Of a DNA stretch of 64,000 nt, positions 55,022-64,000 are shown piece by piece. The stretch covers positions 5,712 to 69,711 of the forward strand of contig JAZQCE010000010.1 of NCBI GenBank assembly GCA_045546095.1, in the 5' to 3' direction. The notes below the pieces were generated by a model. It made no database searches. It had not been told where the DNA came from and saw only the letters and a list, made by a program, of their open reading frames with translations. Position 1 is the stretch's first letter. Every line of letters begins with the position of its first letter. The position numbers were made by a program, and so were the translations under genes. This stretch comes from Candidatus Nanosyncoccus sp. (GTDB taxonomy: Bacteria; Patescibacteriota; Saccharimonadia; Saccharimonadales; Saccharimonadaceae).

Positions 55022-55513
55022 ATGGCAAGCACAAAAACCAAAACCAAAATCACCCTTCCTAAGTCCAGCCAGCGACGTAGATATCGCGCCCATGCTCAAA
55101 AAGATTATTCTACCAAAGCACGCAAATTCGTCCTCATTCTTATACCGGCTCTAGTCGTCATTATTGTTTTTTCTGTTATCTGTGCCAATATTTTTAATCC
55201 TGAACACCAAATTAAATCCAAACTCGAAGCACTCGCCACCAACCACTACGAAAACATTATCTATGAAAAACTCGTCACCTCTAGCAATTATTCTGGCGAC
55301 CCCGAGACCGCTCTGTCGCGCAACAAAGACAGGGGGCTCCCATCCTACACCCTCCGCCAATTATTGCTCGAAGACCAAGTCAAGACAGCAGACGCCGCCG
55401 AATATCTATTAAAATACTGTGACGAAAACGCCACAACGGTCAAATTCTACCCAGAGCCTCCATACGAGCGAACTTCCTACCGCGTAGAGTACACCTATTC
55501 TTGCAATTTCTAA
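55022..55513 (+). CDS. Hypothetical single-pass membrane protein
   Basis: Basic N-terminus, one TM, C-terminal Cys pair. Confidence 0.7.
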   Translation: MASTKTKTKITLPKSSQRRRYRAHAQKDYSTKARKFVLILIPALVVIIVFSVICANIFNPEHQIKSKLEALATNHYENIIYEKLVTSSNYSGDPETALSRNKDRGLPSYTLRQLLLEDQVKTADAAEYLLKYCDENATTVKFYPEPPYERTSYRVEYTYSCNF

Positions 55514-55549
55514 TATTTTTTGTTATTATATATCATATATAAATAGGCT

Positions 55550-55624
55550 GGCCTCTTAGTATAACGGTTAGTACATCGGGTTTTCATCCCGACAACGCGG
55601 GTTCGACTCCCGCAGAGGTCACCA
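55550..55624 (+). tRNA. tRNA-Glu(TTC)
   Basis: Cloverleaf, anticodon loop TTTTCAT, CCA end. Confidence 0.93.
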
Positions 55625-55774
55625 TAATTTAAAAGAAGACCCAAAGGGTCTTATTTTAAATTATGACGGTCTTTGCGGGAGGCGAAACCGCAAAGCGGGT
55701 TCGCCCTTTCAAGGAAATGAGTGAAAAAGAAAAAATTATTTTTCTTTTTCCGAATGACGCAGAAAGGAAAGAAT

Positions 55775-55862
55775 TTTACGAAGTAAAATTCTTGCTCCCG
55801 CGTGAAACAAACTCCCGCATTTACGAAGTAAAATTCTTGCTCCCGCGTGAAGCAAACTCCCG

Positions 55863-55863
<1 letters not shown>
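55775..55863 (+). repeat. 45-bp-period tandem duplication abutting the ligA stop
   Basis: TTTACGAAGTAAAATTCTTGCTCCCGCGTGAA(A/G)CAAACTCCCGC at 55775-55818 and 55820-55863. Confidence 0.9.
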
Positions 55864-59083
<3,220 letters not shown>

Positions 59084-59103
<20 letters not shown>

Positions 59104-59974
59104 GTTCTAATCTCTCTATCCTCTTCTCAATCGGAGGATGCGAAGAGAAAAGATTATTAAAGAACCCTTTTCGTAAAGGATCATTGATATACATAGCCTC
59201 CGTGGCAATATTCTGACTCTTCATCGGCTGTGAATGCGACTGCAACTTCTTTAATGCAGAAATCATACCTTCTGGATACCGAGTAATATTTACCGCCGAT
59301 GCATCTGCTAAAAATTCTCTCTGCCGCGACACCGCCATCTGCGCAATACTGGCAAACACAGGTGCTAGCACCGCCACGACGATTAATAACACATAAGCCA
59401 CCGGGCTACCCTCATTATCCCGACGCCTATCGCCATAGAACATCATTCTAAAAGCCAGATCAGAAATCAACCCTATCACACACACCAACCCAAAAACAAT
59501 CATCGACACCCTAATATCATAATTTTTCACATGCGACATCTCATGCGCCATCACCGCCGTAAGCTCCTTATCATCCATGATGTTTATGAGGCCAGTAGTA
59601 GCCGCCACCGAAGAGTGCTTAGGGTCGCGCCCCGTAGCAAAAGCATTCGGCGCCTGGTCATCAATAATGTACACCTTCGGCATCGGCAGCCCAGTCGTAA
59701 TCGACAAATTCTCTACAATATTATAAAATCTAGGGTTGTCTTTTTTCGTGATTTCCCTTGCACCGGTCATCGCCATCGCAAGCGACGAAGATGCATAATA
59801 TTGAATCACCGCATAGATTATAGCCGCCACCGTCGTCCACACAGCGATCCACGGATCATTATAAATCCATGCAAAGACTCCCGCAATCGCACCAATCAAA
59901 ATCACAAACCCGATTATAATATATACAGTCCGACGTTTGTTTTCTGCAATTTGTTTATACATTTCTTCCCTCAA
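59084..59974 (-). CDS. htpX: Zinc metalloprotease HtpX (M48)
   Basis: PNAFATG, VMAHEMSHV, SRQREFLAD, LFSSHPPIEKRI. Confidence 0.95.
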
Positions 59975-60005
59975 GCTGGAAGCCTAGCATACGCTAGGCT
60001 TCAAA

Positions 60006-60584
60006 CTAAAATTTAACGTCTGGTGCCTTCTCAATCTTGGCTTTTTCACCTTCAGCCACCTCAAAGTAATCACGAGTCTTAAAATGCCCGACCATGTTAT
60101 TCACGATATTAACTGGGAAAGTCTTAATCCTGGTATTCAAATCCTTAGCTCCAGCATTGTAAAACCTACGTGCGGCCTGAATTTTATCCTCAGTATCCTG
60201 AAGCTGTGTTTGCAAAGTCTGAAAATTCGTATTAGCCTTTAATTCTGGGTAAGCCTCAGCAATTGCAAAAATCCGACTAAGCGCACCCTGCATTGCATTT
60301 TCTGCCTCAGCCGCCTGTTTTACAGTCTTTGCACCCATAGATGCAGTGCGGGCCTCGGTCACCATCTGGAAAGTCTCTTTCTCGTGCTTAGCATAGCCTT
60401 TTACAGTCTCCACCACATTTGGAATCAAATCTGCACGGTATTTCATCTGTACCGTGATATCCGACCACGCCTCATTCACACGCTCGTTTAGTTTGACTAA
60501 TCCGTTGTAGATCCCTGCAAATACTATCACCAATAGTACTACTACCACTACAACAATAATCGCCACAATTCCACCTGTTGACAT
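60006..60584 (-). CDS. lemA: LemA family protein
   Basis: N-terminal TM, AWSDI..Q..YRADLIPN, EAYPELKA, ARRFYN. Confidence 0.95.
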   Translation of the reverse strand: MSTGGIVAIIVVVVVVLLVIVFAGIYNGLVKLNERVNEAWSDITVQMKYRADLIPNVVETVKGYAKHEKETFQMVTEARTASMGAKTVKQAAEAENAMQGALSRIFAIAEAYPELKANTNFQTLQTQLQDTEDKIQAARRFYNAGAKDLNTRIKTFPVNIVNNMVGHFKTRDYFEVAEGEKAKIEKAPDVKF

Positions 60585-60664
60585 ATATATCTCCTTTTAA
60601 TTATGTATCAATTATAACAAATTTACACCAAAACTCAAAATATATGCTATAATTAGTTCATTGT

Positions 60665-60741
60665 GCGAGCGTAGCTCAGTTGTTTAGAGCGCTTCCTTGC
60701 CAAGGAAGAGGTCGAGAGTTAGAGTCTCTTCGCTCGCACCA
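60665..60741 (+). tRNA. tRNA-Gly(GCC) with non-canonical D/T-loop elbow
   Basis: Cloverleaf, anticodon loop TTGCCAA, CCA end; D-loop AGTTGTTTA and T-loop TTAGAGT. Confidence 0.9.
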
Positions 60742-60773
60742 CATCAAAATCGAGACCCAGATGGGTCTATTTT

Positions 60774-61589
60774 TTATCTCATCTTGTTCATCGTGTCAGC
60801 AATGAGCTCCGTCTCGTCCACTTCGTATCTTCGCGGATGATGTTTGCCGTCAATTTTGCCCTCGCGATATTCATTTACTACAGCCACATATTCCGCCGTG
60901 ATCACGCTTGTCGGCAAAGCAAATACGGCAATCCCCGCTATCGCCGAAATCGTCGTAATCATCTTACCAAATTCTGTCTGCGGCACAATATCGCCATACC
61001 CAATCGTCGCAAGCGTCATCACTGCCCAATACAAAGCATCCAGAAAATTCGGGAACAGTTCCGGCTCTTCATTAAACATCACCGCCGCCACCATGAATAT
61101 ATAAATTGCGGCTAGCGACGCCACGAATAACAGTGGTCTCGCCGCACGTTTGAGCACAATCTTAATTAATTGCAAGCTACGCGAATGCTGAAAAACCCTC
61201 ACCACATGGAGCAATCTCGCCACCCTCAGCAATCTAAAACCGCTATTTATACCAGTCGATACAGACAAAATCACCAACAAATCTACAAGCGCCAAAGGCG
61301 AAAATGGATATCTGGCAAAGCTCCAAGGCGAATGGTTTTCGTAATGATAGTCTGCCGTTATGAGCCGCATTAAGTAATCTAATACAAATACGATTGTACA
61401 TATAACATTTATCAGCATCAAAGGCCACGTTCTTTCATCATGGAACATTAGCGGAGCAAAGCTCATCAATGTGACCACCACCATCATACGATCATAATAC
61501 TTGCTCGCTTCATGGTTTTTGGACAAAGGCTCAATAATATCAAAAACCCACTTACGCCAATCATTTCTTTTCTGTATTCGTTCTACCAT
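60774..61589 (-). CDS. Potassium channel / ion transporter
   Basis: S4-like FRLLRVARLL and selectivity filter TLATIGYGD. Confidence 0.92.
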   Translation of the reverse strand: MVERIQKRNDWRKWVFDIIEPLSKNHEASKYYDRMMVVVTLMSFAPLMFHDERTWPLMLINVICTIVFVLDYLMRLITADYHYENHSPWSFARYPFSPLALVDLLVILSVSTGINSGFRLLRVARLLHVVRVFQHSRSLQLIKIVLKRAARPLLFVASLAAIYIFMVAAVMFNEEPELFPNFLDALYWAVMTLATIGYGDIVPQTEFGKMITTISAIAGIAVFALPTSVITAEYVAVVNEYREGKIDGKHHPRRYEVDETELIADTMNKMR

Positions 61590-61638
61590 AATCTTTAAAT
61601 TAATTATACCACATTGTCCTTATGTTATAATCGTTAAT

Positions 61639-62571
61639 ATGAGTTGGCTCATTTTTGTCGCCATAGCAGTATTCTTTGATGCAATTCGCATTTTTACGGA
61701 TAATTATATTTCCGATGTTCATTTTAAAGGTCGCGACGTAGCCGCACAGAAACTTTTTTCCGCCTATGTTAAACCTATTTTAGCCGTCGTGGTTCTTTTT
61801 ATTACTGGTTTCAATATAGCAGATTTTGACACCACCACCATTATTTTACTTATCTCATCTGGTTTTCTCCTTAGCATCGCAGACGTCGCCTACTATTACG
61901 CTCTAGGCATTGAAGACTCCACCAATATTGGTATTTTTATCCAGCTCGCCCCAGTACTTTATTTAGTCCTCGGCTGGATGTTTCTCGGAGACGTCTTCTC
62001 GCCCATACAGCTTCTAGCCATAGCCATCATCCTAATCGCCCCCGTAATGATTGTACTTACGTCTAGAAAGCGCAGCCGCAAAGTCAAACTAAAAGCAGTA
62101 GCTCTCGCTTTTACCTACGTTTTTATCTCTGTCATCGCAAATCTCATCTATGTCAAAGCCAACTCCGAAACTCTAGACCTAAACACAATCATCCAAGAAG
62201 TGTCATTTGTCATCATGGGCACCGGCATTATGGATTTTGTCCTTATGTACACCATGCCAAACTGGCGCAGTCGTTTCCGTCGTGTCCAAAAAACCAGCAA
62301 AAATAAGGTTCTTATCCCCTTAGCCGTTAGCCTAACCGCTGGCACCATCAAAAACTACGCCTACCGCACGGCACTCGTCGTAGCTCCAGCAGTCGCACTT
62401 GCTTCTGCCGCCTCCGACTCTGTCGAACCAATCGTAATATTCTTTATGGGGCTGGTACTTACCCTTATCTGGCCCAAATTCGGTCGCGAAAAACTCGACA
62501 AAAAGACCGTCATAGTCCACCTCGTTGCCACAATCCTTGTAGTGATTGGCATCTTCCTCATGCAGTTGTAA
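61639..62571 (+). CDS. EamA/DMT family transporter
   Basis: About ten TMs in two repeats; start moved to ATG 61639 after TGTTATAAT. Confidence 0.85.
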   Translation: MSWLIFVAIAVFFDAIRIFTDNYISDVHFKGRDVAAQKLFSAYVKPILAVVVLFITGFNIADFDTTTIILLISSGFLLSIADVAYYYALGIEDSTNIGIFIQLAPVLYLVLGWMFLGDVFSPIQLLAIAIILIAPVMIVLTSRKRSRKVKLKAVALAFTYVFISVIANLIYVKANSETLDLNTIIQEVSFVIMGTGIMDFVLMYTMPNWRSRFRRVQKTSKNKVLIPLAVSLTAGTIKNYAYRTALVVAPAVALASAASDSVEPIVIFFMGLVLTLIWPKFGREKLDKKTVIVHLVATILVVIGIFLMQL

Positions 62572-62597
62572 ATGTAATATGATATAATGAAATAGGT

Positions 62598-62671
62598 GGC
62601 GCTTTGGCGGAGTGGTTACGCAGCGGTCTGCAAAACCGCGTACACCGGTTCAATTCCGGTAGGCGCCTCCA
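62598..62671 (+). tRNA. tRNA-Cys(GCA)
   Basis: Cloverleaf, anticodon loop CTGCAAA, U73, CCA end. Confidence 0.95.
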
Positions 62672-62758
62672 ATCCAGTAGGAGCCGATATTAATCCAGAA
62701 TAAATTCTGGATTTTTTGAGGCGACGCCCTGGATTCTTTTTACGCAGTAAAAGGCCTT

Positions 62759-63730
62759 TTATTCCGGTATTTTTAGTAGAGGCTCTTTGACATTTGATAG
62801 TTTCTTGGCTTTTTCAACCAAGGCGTTTATCTGCATTTCGTGCTCCTTGGCGTCATCAGGAGTATACGCTTCTTTCTCGCGCATCAAATCGCCTGTAAAA
62901 CCTGTGCCTCGAGCCGCTTCCCAAAAATACTCCCCACAATTCACATCGTCATGATACCAAGGTTTCTTAGACAAATTGTAATGCAGTAGCTTTGCACCTC
63001 TCGAATTCTCCCCCTCTGGCTGGCAATTCCATTCTTTACCGAGGTGTTTTATTTTACCCTTCAAAATCACATTCAAATAATCCTGGTCTGGCGCCACCAA
63101 GTCAGCATCGAGTTTGATAAGATCCGTCATTTTAGTGATGTAATGTAGCTTTCTCAATTTCTTTAAATCCATTAGTAATACGCCAGAATTGACATACTCT
63201 TTGGCTGGAACCCCTAAGCCATTCTCGACATACTTCACAAATTCCGGTACCATTGCCACTTTCGGGTCTACCCGCGCAGCAATCGCATCATCTCCTAGCT
63301 CAACGTCAAACAATTCACCAATGTCCCCTCGAAGTATAGTGTCACTATCAATATAGATCCCCTTTTCGTATTGCAAAAATATTCTCGCGATAAACGCTCG
63401 ATAATAATATACTGCCCTTGCAAAGAAGTCCCCCGAGCCACTACGCTTTGCGCAGTATCGCACGATTATTTGCATATACAAATTATACTTCATCTTATGG
63501 AATTCAATAGCGCAGTTTCTTGTCACCAAATTCCTTAGCCTCAGCCGATTTCGCCATCCCAGTTTATCATACATCACAATCACCCTATAATTCCGCTCTG
63601 GATTCGTATGTTTCATTAACGAATTGATGCAAGCCGCTGCATACTTAGCGTAATCATCCGTAATCGTGATAAACACAGGTACGACCTTAGTTTTTTTGAA
63701 CGGGTTCATCCCCGTATTGAATATACTCAT
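62759..63730 (-). CDS. Glycosyltransferase family 8 protein
   Basis: YIDSDTIL DxD, YVNSGVLLMDL, DQDYLN, LHY..KPW. Confidence 0.92.
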   Translation of the reverse strand: MSIFNTGMNPFKKTKVVPVFITITDDYAKYAAACINSLMKHTNPERNYRVIVMYDKLGWRNRLRLRNLVTRNCAIEFHKMKYNLYMQIIVRYCAKRSGSGDFFARAVYYYRAFIARIFLQYEKGIYIDSDTILRGDIGELFDVELGDDAIAARVDPKVAMVPEFVKYVENGLGVPAKEYVNSGVLLMDLKKLRKLHYITKMTDLIKLDADLVAPDQDYLNVILKGKIKHLGKEWNCQPEGENSRGAKLLHYNLSKKPWYHDDVNCGEYFWEAARGTGFTGDLMREKEAYTPDDAKEHEMQINALVEKAKKLSNVKEPLLKIPE

Positions 63731-64000
63731 TTAATCTATTTTATCATTCTTTTGCAAATATTCAAAATATGCATAAGTACTATGCCGGCTGTTCTTTTTC
63801 ATACTCTCATATGCTTTTTCTGCCAGCATCGCCCGGTTTTCCGCCTCGCTTTTATCTTTGTCTGGATAAAAAGGTCCGTCCACGTATACTGTCATTCGCG
63901 GCAAATCACGCTTTTTATCTTTTCGCTTTTGATAGGTTGTAGTCATAGTAAAAATTGGCAAATCATTTCGCGCCGCATATTTAAATGATTTATCCCCTGC
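63731..64000 (-). CDS. 3' end of a probable lysophospholipid acyltransferase family protein (partial)
   Basis: Open from the window edge: SFKYAARNDLPIFTMTTTY..TVYVDGPFYP; abuts the GT8 start. Confidence 0.55.
   Translation of the reverse strand, partial: AGDKSFKYAARNDLPIFTMTTTYQKRKDKKRDLPRMTVYVDGPFYPDKDKSEAENRAMLAEKAYESMKKNSRHSTYAYFEYLQKNDKID

Overview
This is a compact, gene-dense chromosomal segment of a Patescibacteria/CPR organism, most likely a gut- or rumen-type Candidatus Saccharibacteria (inferred from HTH-fused MurA, short Pgi/Pgk/TsaB and giant secreted proteins; standard code 11). It carries housekeeping genes (ychF, rnhB-yraN, rplS, ruvA, ruvC, radA, murC, tsaE/B, lepA, trpS, pnp, rpsO, pgi, pepN, ftsH, pcrA, murA, pgk, pyk, ligA, htpX, lemA), 7 tRNAs, three FISUMP/C-type-lectin-fold surface proteins with DGR-like C-termini, and a divergent pair of paralogous giant secreted proteins. 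There is no CRISPR array, rRNA, integrase, transposase or reverse transcriptase in the window. Three things are not explained by ordinary annotation. (1) At least 12 long hairpin insertions of several core families, whose 15-30 bp outer arms differ in every copy and in several cases mirror adjacent host sequence. Six or seven sit in frame inside housekeeping or other host genes (ychF, lepA, pepN, pcrA x2, ligA, a membrane protein), and their inner stems covary. (2) A tandem array of integrase-less AT-rich cassettes at the 5' end of ychF, bounded by a roughly 50-bp imperfect palindrome built from the ychF start. (3) Several nuclease-toxin genes or remnants (CdiA_C-like PD-(D/E)XK, PemK/MazF-like), each paired with a consensus sigma70 promoter driving a 50-60 nt hairpin RNA; these are candidate RNA-antitoxin modules. 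All alignments and folds were done by eye; no database searches or folding programs were run.
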